A stretch of DNA of 64,000 nt from the NCBI RefSeq assembly GCF_009914755.1, contig NC_060933.1; one strand, 5' to 3'. Within the stretch, counting starts at the first letter, position 1; every line of letters begins with the position of its first letter. Origin of the DNA: the human T2T-CHM13v2.0 reference genome, Homo sapiens. Positions 1 through 14,810 of this stretch are shown here, piece after piece. The position numbers were made by a program, and so were the translations under genes. Under the pieces are notes generated by a model. The model made no database searches and was not told where the DNA came from. It was given only the letters and a program-made list of their open reading frames with translations.

Positions 1-2084
1 CCCCCATCAGACAGCAAACTTAATTAATGTGTGTGTTCTGACTGCTTCATGCTATTCCCCCTTCTTTCCCTCTCCTCAGGCTTCCCCATTCTCTGAGACA
101 ACAGTATTGAAATTAGGCCAATTAATAACCCTACACGGGAGGGCCTCTAAGTGTACAAATGAGAGGAAGAGTCTCACATCTCTCACTTTAAATCAAAATC
201 TAGAAATGATTAACCTTAGAGTGGAAGGCATGTCGAAAGCCAATGAGCCAAAAGCTAGGTGCGTTGTGCCCAACAGCCAAGTTATAAATGCAAGTAAAAA
301 GAAGTTAAAGGAAATTAAAAGTGCTACTCCAGTGGTAAGAAAATGAAACAGCCTTATTGCTGAAATAGGGATAGTTTTAGTGGTCTGGATAGAAGCTCAA
401 ACCAGCCATAATATTCCCTTAAGCCAAAGCCTAATCCAGAGCAAAACCCCTCACTCTCTTCAATTCTATGAAGGCTGAGAGAGATGAGAAAGCTGCAGAA
501 GAAAGGTTTGAAGCTAGCAGAGGTTGGTTCATTAAGTTTAATGAAAGAAACCATCTCCATAATGTGAAAGTACAAAGTGAAGCGGCAAGTACTGATGTGG
601 AATCTGCAGCAAGTTATCTAGAAGATCTAGCTAAGATCATTGATGAAGGTGGCTACACCAAACAACAGATTTGCAGTGTGGATAAGACAGCCTTCTATTG
701 GAAGAAGATGCCATCTAGGACTTTCATAGCTAGAGAAGAGATGTCAGTGACTGGCCTCAAATCTTCAAAGGACAGACAGACTCCCTTGTTATGTGACTAA
801 TGCAGCTGGTGACTTTAACTTGAAGCCAATGCTCATTTATCATTCCAAAAATCCTAGCGCCTCTAAGAATTATGCTAAATCTACCCTGCCTGTGTTCTAT
901 AAATGGAACTACAAAGCCTGGGTGACAGCACAGCTGTTTATAGCATGGTTTACTGAATATTTTAATCCCATTGTTGAGACCTACTGCTCAGAAAAAAAGA
1001 TTTCTTTCAAAATATTACTGCCTATTAATGGTGTACCTAGTCACCCAAGAGCTCTGATGGAGATGTACAAGGAGATAATGTTTTCATGCCTGCTAATAAT
1101 TCTGTAGCCCGTGGATCAAGGAGTAATTTCAACTTTTAAGATTTACTATTTAAGAAATACATTTTGTAAGGCTGTAGCTGCCATAGATAATGATTCTTCT
1201 GGTGAATCTGAGCAAGGTAAATTGAAAACCTTCTGGAAAGGATTAGCCATTCTAGATGCCGTTAAGAACATTTGTGGTTCATGGGAGGAGGTCAAAATAC
1301 CAACATTAATAAGAATTTGGAAGAAGTTGATTCCAACCCTCATGGATGCCTTTGGAGGGGTTCAAGACCCTGAGGATGTTCTTTGGGGGTGGACCTTGAA
1401 GATGTGACTGAATTGCTGCAATCTCATGATAAAACTTGAATGGATGAGGAGTTGCTGCTTATGGATGAGCAAAGAAAGTAGTTTCTTGAGATGGAATATA
1501 CTTCTGGTGAAGATGCTGTGAACACTGTTGAAATGACCACAAAGAATTTGAATATTACATCAACTTAGTTGATAAAGCAGTGGCAGAGTTTGAGAGGATT
1601 GACTCCTCTGAAATTTCAAAGAAATTCTGTGAGTAAAATGCTGTCAAACAGCATCACATACTACAGAGAAGTTCTTTGGGAAGGAAAAGACCCCCAGTGC
1701 TAACAAGCTTAATTATTGTCTGTTTTTGAGAAAATGTCATAGCCCTCCAACTTTCAGCAACCACCACCCTGATTAGCCATCAGTATTGAGCCAAAACCCT
1801 CTGTCAGCAAAAAGATCATGGCTCACTGAAAGCTCAGATAATGGTTAACATTTTCTAGCAATAAAGTATTTTTAAATTATGGTGTATTGTGTGTGTGTTT
1901 TTTTTAAGACATAATGCTACTTCACACTTAAACTATAGTACAAACATAACTTTTATGTTTGTACTATACTGTAGTACACACATGTACTGGGAAACCAAAA
2001 AATTTGTGTGACTCGCTTTATTGTAGCATTCACTTTATTGTTGTGGTCTGGAACTGAACCCACAGTATCTCTTGTGTATGCCTG
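1..2084 (+). mobile_element. Tigger1 DNA transposon (TcMar-Tigger), near full length, with decayed transposase; 5' end lies outside the window
   Basis: ORF fragments 468-800 ([28 protein letters not shown]), 793-1107 and 1111-1407 ([17 protein letters not shown]) are pieces of a pogo/Tigger DDE transposase in different frames. The element ends ...gtatgcctg followed by TA at 2085-2086. Confidence 0.93.
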
Positions 2085-2149
2085 TATTCCCAAACAATTG
2101 TAGCGTGCCTGCAAAAGAATTCATGAGATTCTAACCACCTAAACTGTAG

Positions 2150-2640
2150 TTTCTTCTATTTATTCAACAAAAGCGTATTGAGTGTCTTTGACATACCAGC
2201 CACTGGGGCTATAAGACAAAGCTATCTGCCATGGAGCCTACATTCTCTAGAACCTTACTACTAGGGGTCTGGTCTGTGGACCAGCATTTTCAGCATCACC
2301 TTAAAATTTGTTGGAAGTATAGACTCTGAGGCCCTTTTCCAATTTGGATTTTAACATTTCCAGGTGATTAGTATGTGCATTACAGTTTGAGAAGCACTAG
2401 TCTAGTCCATGTAAACAAAAATATATATGAGATAATTTCAGATGATTACAGATGCTGTCACGAGAAGACAAAACTATAATGGCCAGAGAGTGGGAGGAGG
2501 ACGAGTAATTGAGGATGGTAAGTGAAAGCATCAGAGGGAGTGTCCTGTGGGCTGAGACTTAAATGATGGGTGGAGATGAGCCATGGGAAGATCTGGGGAA
2601 GGTGGTTCCAGGTAGAGGGAACAGCAAGTGCAAATGCTAG
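2150..2640 (-). mobile_element. L2 fragment interrupted by MER5A
   Basis: ttattcaacaaaagcgtattgagtg and ttccaggtagagggaacagcaagtgcaaa are typical antisense L2 3' motifs; boundaries approximate. Confidence 0.55.
2250..2399. mobile_element. MER5A-like hAT-Charlie MITE
   Basis: ggaccagc...cagcatcacc and caggtgatt...cattacagtttgagaagcact match the MER5A termini and core. Confidence 0.65.
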
Positions 2641-3377
2641 GAAGAGGGACTGTCTCCTTGTTCCTTGCTATGCCCTCTGCTCTAGCCAGGCCAGGGCCCA
2701 TTTATTCACTTGCTGACTGTGCCTGCACCTGAAAGTGTGGTGGAAGTGTAATGGCAGAGTGGTATCTCAGTAAACAGGAAAAGGCCAAAACTTGGGTTTT
2801 GATAAGAGCAGCTACTCATAGTGAGAAAACAATCAAAGGGATTGTAAGGATGTTTTGGTAATGACAGCTTCAAAGAATTGGAATTTTATATAATTGGGAG
2901 GAGGGAGAAGAAACCACTAGAGGCCATATGCTGGAATTGGAAGAAGAGGAAAGAAAATACTGAGAAATGCAGGATAGATGGAGATTTCCTGAAAAACAGA
3001 GAAAAGAAGTAAACAGACAAGGAAGCTTTAGCCTCGCCTGAGAGGAAAGACCAAAAAATAGAGCATGGCTCTCTGTATAAAAGGTGGCTTGTTTCCCTGA
3101 AGGTAGGCATCCTTGATGAGAACTGAGTAAGGACGATTAGTCTGTTTTGTTTTGTTTTATTCCTGTATCCAAAATTCCTTTGTCTTTAGGTATTTCTCAC
3201 ATCATTTTGATCATACATATATGTTGGGAAAAATCAAGATGAATAATCTCCGTTTACTCTGGGAACAAGGAGTATCTTCTTCCCTCTACTGTGGCTAAGT
3301 ATGGAAAAGCTTAATTGTAAATCAGCATTCAAAGACAACCAAACATTTATTTATGTCAGTAGGAAAGAGGAAGGTGT

Positions 3378-3432
3378 GTGAGAGAGAGAAGGAGGAGGAG
3401 GAAGAAGAGGAGGGGAGGGAGAGAGAAGAGAA
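3378..3432. repeat. GA-rich low-complexity purine tract
   Basis: gagagagagaaggaggaggaggaagaagaggaggggagggagagagaagag. Confidence 0.8.
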
Positions 3433-4564
3433 ATAAAATGTAAAGCAGGCAGCTGGCAAGGCTTGCTCTGACACACTGGCTGAGGAAAGAGCTATTGGTA
3501 GAACTTGGATGTCTTAGTAATCAGAGTAATCAGGTTCTCTGACCGGTTCCACCTTGTTCTGTGCAGGCTGAAAGTAAGCTCTCTAGAGAAAGTAATTTTC
3601 TTTCTCTGCTCCTTCTGACATCCCACTTTTCCCTCCCATCCTTCCTTTCTATTTTCCCTGCCTCTCCCCTCTGGTAGAACTGAGTATAACCGTGGTAACA
3701 TTGGTTACAGTGTTTTCTAGACTTGAGAACTGAAATGATTTGACCTTGTACAAGTAACTGGATGTCTGGCACAATGATCGTCATTCTCAACCTTGATAAT
3801 TTATCTCTCTCGATCACTGTTAACATTGGAGCAGTATTTAAACACAATAACTAGAGCCCAGAATATGCATGTAGGCGAATAGGCACCTATCTAGGATTTC
3901 TCTTAAAGATATACCTCTAGAGAGCTCACATGGTAGGAGGAAAAAGAGGGTGCTCTTTTTTTTCTTTAACCATTGTAAAAATGCTTCAGTAAAATATAGC
4001 TTGAGCTCTGGGGATAGACTGGAATAGTACCATGAAATGTGGGTATACCGTGATTCTCTTCAAGAAGGACTTTGTTCTGCTTATTCCCACATGAGCACCA
4101 CAAACAGTAGCCCCATGTATCTTGTTAGGACAAATAAATGGGACACTTGAGAATATCCAGTTAACTGAGCCGCACATTGGGTACTTTAAAGCACACTTAA
4201 CATGCAGTAAAATAGCATAAATATGAGTTCAAAACACAAACCAAGTTGACATTGCTTGTGGTATCATCATTAGTAGAATCATTGCTTTGGTTAAACTCCC
4301 TGGGGGAAGCAGTGGAAGGGAGGTATGGGGGTTGTGAAAAGAGATTCAATATTGACACTTTCACATTGTTTAAGATGATACAAATTAACTACTCTGTTAT
4401 AGACAGTATCCTTTTCTCACTGGAGTAAGTAGGATGGGCAGAGCTTTTAAAAACAGCAAGTCTTAGTTTTAATCAGTCCTTTAGGAACCTGATAGATGGC
4501 CTACTAATTCGATTCTTATAATGTTATCAACTTTGTTTTATTGCTTTATTAAGCAGTAGTAGTT

Positions 4565-4565
<1 letters not shown>

Positions 4566-4608
<43 letters not shown>
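4566..4608. repeat. Poly-T run (43 nt)
   Basis: Uninterrupted T homopolymer. Confidence 0.9.
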
Positions 4609-4613
<5 letters not shown>

Positions 4614-4747
4614 GCACTTGAACTGAAATAAAGCTTAGGCATGTGGTTTACCAACTTGCTAGCTATACTGACGATACCTTTGGTCTAAATCTTTAAGCTT
4701 TATTCCAGTCAGGCTTTTTTTTTTTTTTAAGAATACCTAAGATTAGT

Positions 4748-6500
<1,753 letters not shown>

Positions 6501-9500
6501 AATAGCTAAGATTAGTTTTATGTGTTACATGTTATTAACACTTTTGTAAAATTGATTTTTGATAAGGTAAAAATGGAGTTGTCAGTTTAGAGAAATAGTA
6601 CTACTTGAAAATTTTTCCTTATATTTAGTCTGGATTTTAAGTTAGAATTTCTCATTAGTCCTCTGACTTTTTAATCTAGGGTCAGGCAAGATCAGTTTCA
6701 GAAGTTGTACAGTTTCTTTAGAAAATTTGGAACAAATCAAGATATTTTCTGATTGAAATTTTAAAGAATTGCAGTCTTTGTTCTCTAGTGGTGAAGTGAA
6801 GTGATAAGGTTGCAAGATTTATTTGTGTTTATTCCAAAAAGTATTTCAGGCAGGGTAAGTAGGACTTCTTTGTCACCTTTTTAAAAAATGTTGATATTAA
6901 AGTGGATGAATGTATGTTCTTGATAAACATTCAATAAAATAAATAGATTCATCTTTAAAAAAATTTTGGCAAGAAACTGCTGTACAGAAAACGAATGGTA
7001 AAAAGTTATTCTTCAGGAATGTTTCCTAAAACTGTAATTGCTTTAAGTTAGCTGCTGAAATGGTTTCCTAATAACGCTTTGTTATTCTGTTTTATTTCAA
7101 CAATACATATGTAGTAATGTTGTTCCTATTTTGATGAGAGACAAACCCATCAAACAGTTTTTAAAATCAACAATTGCTTTTGATATATCCGTTTGATTAC
7201 TAAAATAAAGCTATTGGTACTTTCACCCAAGTTTATTATGTTTTTAAAATAAAATTTATGTCTTTTTAAGGAAATCATATAGGCTGAAATGATCTAAATA
7301 AAAATCAGATTTTTATTGTATCAGGTCTATTTCAGGGAATGTAGTTAAATTCAGGTATAGGGTTAACTAAGTTTTTGTCTTTTAAATGATTAGTAAAATT
7401 TGTTATGTGATAAAGGAAATATGTATTTGGTATTGTGTGCGTTAGTATTTGTTACTTTTTAACCTAGTGATTGAGTTACAGCTTTCTTTTCAACACATGA
7501 CATCACTTTCCCATGATGTAAGATAGATGATAAATTTTCCAATGATTCTTGAGTTTTGGAGTATGAAGAAATAAAGGATAAAAGATTCTTTTCTGTGTTT
7601 TCCTGTTTCGTTACTACCTGGTCATGCTCCTAGGCCACTGTCCATCAGTACTGTAGAGTTAGCCTGTTGACAGTCACATGTCATGTGTTGAGTGCGTAGC
7701 CAAGGGATTTTCGTAGAATGCCTTTTTTGTCTTTACATTTTTCTGAGATATTTTATCCAAACCAAGGTTTTCTTTAGCAGGGATGGTGATCATTTTTATT
7801 TTATTTATTTTTTTGTTGGAGAATGGTGTAAAGGTGGGTAATTTTGAGAGAGAGGAAATAGAATGGTAGTGAGTTGAGGGTAGGAAAATACATCTGCAAC
7901 TTTTATTGTTTTTTAAATGAGCATCTTGATAGGGAAGATAGAATGGAATTGTCAAAAATTGTTAATGTGTTTGACAAAGTGTGGCTGTCAGTATGATCTT
8001 TTTGTTACATTTTGACATGAACAATTGTCCTTTTATTGGGGCTGTTAATGCTATTTTAGAATATCATGAGCATCTGAAGGCAATAGTTTAGCAGTGTCCA
8101 TAAAGCATCAAATACCATTATAATATCTAGTAACCCTAACAGCAATATTTCAGAATCCCTGCCTGTTTAAATGGGCTATCTGTGAATGTACTTGCTCAGG
8201 GATGCATGACCCACATCACCTATAAATTTGATTGGAAGCTAACAGTACTGGCGTAGCCTGATGGATAGCAGATTAGAGCCCTGATTAACCATGTGATTCA
8301 AAGACTGGGAATATATTGTCTAAGCAAGATTCATCAGATGCAATCAGAATTTCAAGTGGTCAGATGAAATTCAAATGTGTGTTGTGGCTTTTCCTCCCCT
8401 ATTGCTTTTCCTCCTAGGTTGCCTTTTTTTCCTTCTTTCCCCAAAGCTGAAAAATACTTCTTTGATGAATCTGCTCCTTACCCTAAAGCTGTCTGTCTGT
8501 TATTCATCAGAAAGCAGGTCGCAGTTCAGTGAGCAGAAGAAAAGATTTTAATAGAAGCTGTGCCAAGGGCTGTAATGCATCATTTTAGGGCCCTAATTAC
8601 ATTACAATGACAAATATCAATGGTGACAACAGCAATAACCTACATCCTTTAATGGCTGTGCTGGAAAAGGAGTTTGGGCCCCACGCCATTATATTAGACT
8701 CAGTTTCAAAACATAGGCCATTAGAAGTGTGTGTCCACAGTGTTATTGGCTGATCGCTAAAGCCCAGTGGAAAGGCCTGTAAATAAATGATGCCTCCCTA
8801 AAGCTGGGTCCTGTGGGACAAAAGAGGCGAAATTAGATGACCATGGGAGCAGCAGTGTTTCCGAGGCAACTTTAGATTTCAAAGTGAAGAATGACCTGCT
8901 TAATTTTATGAAATCACACACACACCCCACCCCCCCACTGCCAATTAGCCTGACCATGAAAATCCATTGGCATGACAACTTAAAGAAATTAAGAAGTCTT
9001 TTAAACAAAAGGAGATCTTTAACGGAAGTTTGGAAGGTTTCTGCCCTCCCGTTTCTGTTGTGTGTGTGTTAACCTATGTGATTGAATAAAAAGGCTCTTC
9101 TCCTTTTTACATTTATTTTTAAGAAAATGTAGAATTTTTTTAAAAAATAGTTGCTCAGACTTAATACAGCCTAGGTCCAAAATTTTATTTCACCAGATGA
9201 ATAAGTTTCCTTAGAGTCGTTTTTATTGCCTAGATTATGTAGGCGAACTAAAGAACTCAGTTTTCTTATGTGCCCACACATTTTTCAGCCCTCCTAGCAA
9301 GGGACTATTTTATTTATGTAAACAACATAATGACGAAAATATGCTTGGCAGATGGTTCTAAGCATTAGAATCATCAGTTTGGTCTGCCCCAAAGTGTCTC
9401 ATTATCTTTTATTCTCTCCCCCTCCACCTCTCCCTGCAAAAAGCTTAACAACCAAATGCATTTGAGATGCTGTACTTTCAGCCTGGTGAATGCTACTCTA

Positions 9501-11038
9501 TTTTTATTGCTCACCCTGGAATTTCACCCCATAACCACTGTGGTATGTTCGTCCAGGTGGAGAGTGGTTTGGTGATTCCCATTGCAGCTCTTCATGGTGG
9601 CTTAAGCATTCTTAAAGGATGGCTAAATGCTCCATGGGGCCAGTGCAGTAAATTAAATCAGGTCAGCACAGTTGGGTCCTTATTCACTGCAGCTTATTGG
9701 TGCTGGGTTTTTGTCCATACTGTTAGGAATGCAGGCTGGAATGGAAAGCTTGGATTTGAAACTTCATGGTGAATTTGTGTTTTCTTTTGGCTGGTAAAGT
9801 TTTTAAGGTGCTGGCATTTAAAAGATTGCATAGCTACACAGTTAGAAGGGTTGCTGATGAAAGAAGGAAGCCTAGATTGCACAAGTAGAGTGTCACTGTC
9901 ATTCTGGTAATGACTTGGCAAGAAAAGGCATTTTGGGCCTCACATAAAATGAGGAACTGACCCTGGATGGAATTTAAGAATGTCTTAGGGATAGTAATTG
10001 CTTTACATTTTCTGCCTTTCAATTCTTCTTAGCTCTCTTTCCTCCATTCCATCATTAAAATATAAACTATTTTGTATGTACGTGTATTAAAAAAAACTGT
10101 GTATTTATACATCACAAAATATACAAGGCACCATCTGAAAAATACAAATTAAGATAAACATTGGTAAAACTGTGAGTAACTTTTTAAAGAAAACATGTAG
10201 TGGTGGTTTTTCTTTTAACTTACTGTAGCATCTTATTGGTTTAAAATGTCTGTACTTATAAAAATTATTAGAGAATAGACTGTTCTTTGACATTGTTGGG
10301 ACTTTTGCATATCCACAGTAAAAAAAAAAAAAAAAAAAAAAAGTTCCCAAGGATAGTTTCCAGATACATACAGATTGCTTCCTGCTAAGTGTAATAAGAT
10401 TTTAGCATATCTCAACCTCTGCACACTGAAAACCTTGGTAGGACACATTTGGAAATTTTTATGGTTGAAGAAAACATTTTGTTCTCCAAGAATTTGTAAG
10501 AATCCGAATTAGCCAACTTTTTTGGGTTGTTTGGGTGCTGCTGTTTCAGAAGTTTAGGGTCTTGAGTTTAAAATCACAGCACCAATGTTTTTAAAGCAAA
10601 GGCCACAAATATAGAAATCCAATGATTTGCTAATTGATGGAGTTGAGATGTAGGAAAGAATGTATCTTTACTTATCTAAATTCTTAAGACTTAGAAGACT
10701 GCAGGTTTTATGGAAAACATTAGTATGAGCAAGGGTCCTGGTGAAGGCTGTTGAAAACTGATTTCCAGTCATGGAAATTAAATTCCATTTTATATTGCCC
10801 TGATGCTTGAAGGTTAACTTTTTAAGATGAATGCTGGTTAATAAATTGTGCTGTTAATGTGGCACTGTTGTCACTGCTTCCTTTTAATGGGCTTACTGAT
10901 GAGATAGTTTTCCTCTTCCTTAGGAAATATGCCAGCCAAATTATAAAGTATGTTTTAATATCATCCTGTTAATATTTGGGGAATCTGTAACCAGCTGACT
11001 GTTCTCTTTATTGCTTTCCTTTCCCTTATTTTTTGCAG

Positions 11039-11101
11039 GCAGAGATTGTCAAGAGGCTGAATGCTATCTGTGCACAAGTCATTCCTTTCCTGTCCCAAGA
11101 G
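11039..11101 (+). CDS. TLE4: TLE4 coding exon (63 nt, phase 0/0), Q domain: AEIVKRLNAICAQVIPFLSQE
   Basis: Polypyrimidine tract plus ttttgcag acceptor (AG 11037-11038); donor GAG|gtaagg at 11102; translation is Groucho Q domain. Confidence 0.97.
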
Positions 11102-13072
11102 GTAAGGTAGTTGATTTTAGGCACTGGACTAGAAGTTGCCATTTTAGTGGTTTTGCAGAAAAGGGATTGTAGAACTGACTCTCTGGCCTTGCCAGTCTCT
11201 TGGTGTTTGTATTTTATTTTCATTTCTAAGAAACAGTGTTCTCACTCCAACTTGTATACCTTAGTAACTTTCTGTGGGATATAATTTATATGTGTTTACA
11301 TAATGGAATATTTTCTAGTTGGGCTAAGCAAAATTCAGTCGTTAAAATATTTTGCTATCTTTGTCGTGTTGCTCAGAATTATGCTTGTTTGTCATAATGG
11401 TACCTAATAGGGTAGACTGAAAAATTGCCAGGAAAACAGGAGCTTACTCTGTACTATTGTCATTGGGCATTAAGAATTGGCAGAAGACATATCAAATGGA
11501 AAGACTTTTTGTAGTAAACAAACTAATGAAGCTTTTGGCTAGCTACTTTTAAACATTTACTTCTTGTTTCCTGATTAAGTCTTTATATTATTGTGCTTTT
11601 GGGAAAAGACCTGCAAGATGAACTCATTGAACTCGTTTCTCTGAGTGCCACTTTTCTCAAAATTAGGCTTTGGTGATGGTAGGCTTAGCACATTGCTAAG
11701 GCCTGGCATGCGGCTCACTAGTTCTCTTGCTCACCTACAGGGGAAGTGCATGCCATCAGCAAACAGGCACAGGTTGGAATAAAGCGATGCATTTCTAGTG
11801 CTTGTTGGCTTCCTTGTGGTTTTTTTTTCTCTCCCTGCTTACTTTTGGTAGTTACAAAGTTGAAGTGAGAATACTGGAAAAAGATAATTTTTTGCTTCTG
11901 GATTACTGAATGCCTTCATTTGCTCAGGTAAGATCCACTCTAAGAAGGAAGGAGCTAATGAAATATCTGCATGTCTTGTAGCCGCAATACTTTGTGCTGT
12001 GGGCTGAGAAGGCACAGAGGCACTTTTCTTCCTACCCTTTCAGTTGTTCTATAAGTGTGTTGTGTCACTGCTTTTCAGGAGAGAGGTTCATTCACCTGCT
12101 TGCCAGCGGGCATGTGCCAATGTTATGTGGCCAATATTTGAGCCTGCATGTGTATTATAGATATGCAGATTGCTGTATATGATTTTTTTCTTTGGTCTGG
12201 ACTGGGTTAGACTTGAGTAACTATGGGTACCCTTCATAGGTATATACTGGGGAGGGGGCACTCATATTCACAAATCTTGTTGACACTCTGAATTCACATG
12301 CTCTTTTGGGTCTTGATAAACAAAGGGTATGTTGTCTTTTCTCCTCCTTTAGCTGTGACCACAAAACCTACCACCAGTCATGTCCCCATTTGCCTGTTTT
12401 TACTTAGGATTTGCTTATGGCTAGATTAGATGGCTTGGTGAATGAGAGTCAAGGGGTGTATCTGCATTTCTTTTGGAAACCTGACTGCCCCCTGCCTGAT
12501 CCAGACTAGTGTGTATTTTTTACTTTAAGCAGCTCTGCTTTATGGAGATGGAGAATGGGAAGAATGTGTGACCTACAGAGCTGTAACCAGGCTGGGGTGT
12601 CATGTTCTAAGGTGACAGGGAAAAGTTCGAATTATCCCTGGGGTGGTATTAGACTTTGGGCCTCTGTAGGCACAGACCCCTGTATATGATCGCTGGTATG
12701 GCTTTGGTCTCATCACATTTCTGCAGGATCTGTGGGTTGTGTTCAGAAGTAGAAGGTTGTCTTGGGGATGTTGATGAAGCTGATTTGCCAATGAGTTGTT
12801 TTCCCACATGAATTATGTTGTTTGTGTGAGCAGGCCCAGTGGGAACAGAATGTATAATGGTAGTGGTGCTGAGCAAGACTGGACTGAAATTAATTGTCTA
12901 AGGAAGTTGTACCTGTAGGTGAAAGCCATGGGGAGATACTGACAACTCATTTGCTCTAGTCTGGGAAGAAAGGTGTCATACTTAACTGTTGTCATACCAC
13001 TTAACTATTTATTTCCCAAATACTTTGACATTTCTTGGTTGAAATCCTTGACTCACGTATAATGATTTATGC

Positions 13073-13306
13073 CAAGCTTGTGCAACCCCAGGGCCTGTGG
13101 GCCACATGTGGCCCAGGATAGCTTTGAAAGTGGCCCAACACAAATTTTAAACTTTCTTAAAACAGTATGAGATTTTTCTTTGCAATTTTTTTTAAGCTCA
13201 TCAGTTATCGTTAGTGTATTTTATGTGTAGCCCACATAAAATGGGATGTGTGTGTGATTTCTTCTTCCAGTGTGGCCCAGGGAAGCCAAAAGATTGGACA
13301 CCCGTG
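13073..13306 (-). mobile_element. MER30 hAT-Charlie MITE
   Basis: Termini caagcttgtgcaacc... and ...gggaagccaaaagattggacacccgtg; 8-bp TSD atttatgc (13065-13072) / atctatgc (13307-13314). Confidence 0.85.
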
Positions 13307-14595
13307 ATCTATGCCATGGTTTTCTAAATGCTAGTTCTGTGTATATATTTTCTTTTGCTTACTTTAGATTTAATTTACTCATCTTTTTCTAGTTTCCTAA
13401 GGTATGTGTGTATCTTTTATTGTGTGAGACACAAACATGTTTGTTTCCTTCAAATCAGGGCATCTCTGATGTTTTTTATCTGAACATCGTCCACCTTGTT
13501 TCTTCTTCTGTGCATTCTGTGAGCATTGGACTCCTTGCTTCTGCCCTGAAGCCAGATGGACCATAATCTGGAGGGAGGGGAGGAGCAGGTTAGTAGAGGA
13601 AGATGAATTCTGTTTCCTGTCTCTTCAGAGGCATGGAAAATCACTCTTGCATGGCTGTGAGCATCACTGTGCCAGGACTGAAGGCTCTTAATCTGATCTT
13701 TTAACACCGGCTCTCTGTGTGACAGTCTCGCTACCAAAACGGCAGCTGCTGCATTAGAATTTATTTTAAAATGTTTTTATTTAAAAATTAAATGATCGTA
13801 TTTAGGAAAAAGCAAAACAATTCCTGAAGAGTAGTGCATAAGCTAACAGAACATTGGCTGGAGCGATTGTGAGCATCTGAAGTCAGGCTTTTTGGAGTTT
13901 GACAGGAACAAGGGGTATATTTACATACTGTTAGATGAAGTCTCTTTTTAATTTAGCCCCCATGTGTTGATTAATATACCTGCTTAATATTGCTTGCGTC
14001 TGGTTTACCGCATTTTTTTAAACTTAAAAAAACTATATAGTACTGAATGATAACTATTAAATTTAGCTTTAACTTCAAGACTTTTTCTTTTTAGAAATGA
14101 GTTGTATAATTGTGTTCAGAAGTACTTGAAGTGTGTCTGTATATGAAAATCACAGAAAAATATTTTCCTATTAGAGTTTACTAAAACATTTAAAAATATT
14201 AAAGCCAATATATACTTTAATAATGTGCTGTTGCACTCACGTACAACTGCTTCCAGCGTTACAGGCATTTGACAAAGATATTGCCAACTCTTGTCATTAA
14301 AAGTGAGTACTCATCACTTGGAGTTCATAGAATTTCACAGGATTCTCAATATCAGAATTTAGAAAAACCTTGTGAACCCTCATCTGTCCCAAGCTGTTCT
14401 TTTCTCTCACTTCACTTTTTAGCTTTTAGGAATGGATAAGACTCAAATTTATTCTTCAAAAAGCCATCTCAAGGTGGTAAACGGGAAGCTCTTTTCTTTC
14501 CCTATTTCGGTCTCATTTGCAGGGGAAGAACTATAAATATCAACTCTGAGTTGGCAGTTCCATAAACAAGAGATGCCAGGATGATGACAGTTGGA

Positions 14596-14810
14596 TCTGG
14601 GTCCTGGCCTCCCTATTACAAATCGTGTGGTTTACTCTAACTGGGCTAAGCTGGGTGACCTTTAGCAAGTGATGTGCCTCTCTAAGCCTCAGTTTCCTCA
14701 TCTGTATGATGAAGTTAATCATAGCGTGAAACACATCCAATGTCTGTGAAGATTACTTGGGATTATACCCAGGTAGCTTAGCACACAATAAGCACCTACT
14801 GCCGTTGACT
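14596..14810 (+). mobile_element. MIR SINE
   Basis: MIR core gctgggtgacctttagcaagt...ctctaagcctcagtttcctcatctgta. Confidence 0.75.

Noticed and set aside
468-1407. Tigger transposase ORFs as a domesticated TIGD1-like gene
   Set aside because: They are broken into three or more frames by frameshifts and stops inside an element that still has its terminal repeat; this is an ordinary decayed Tigger1.
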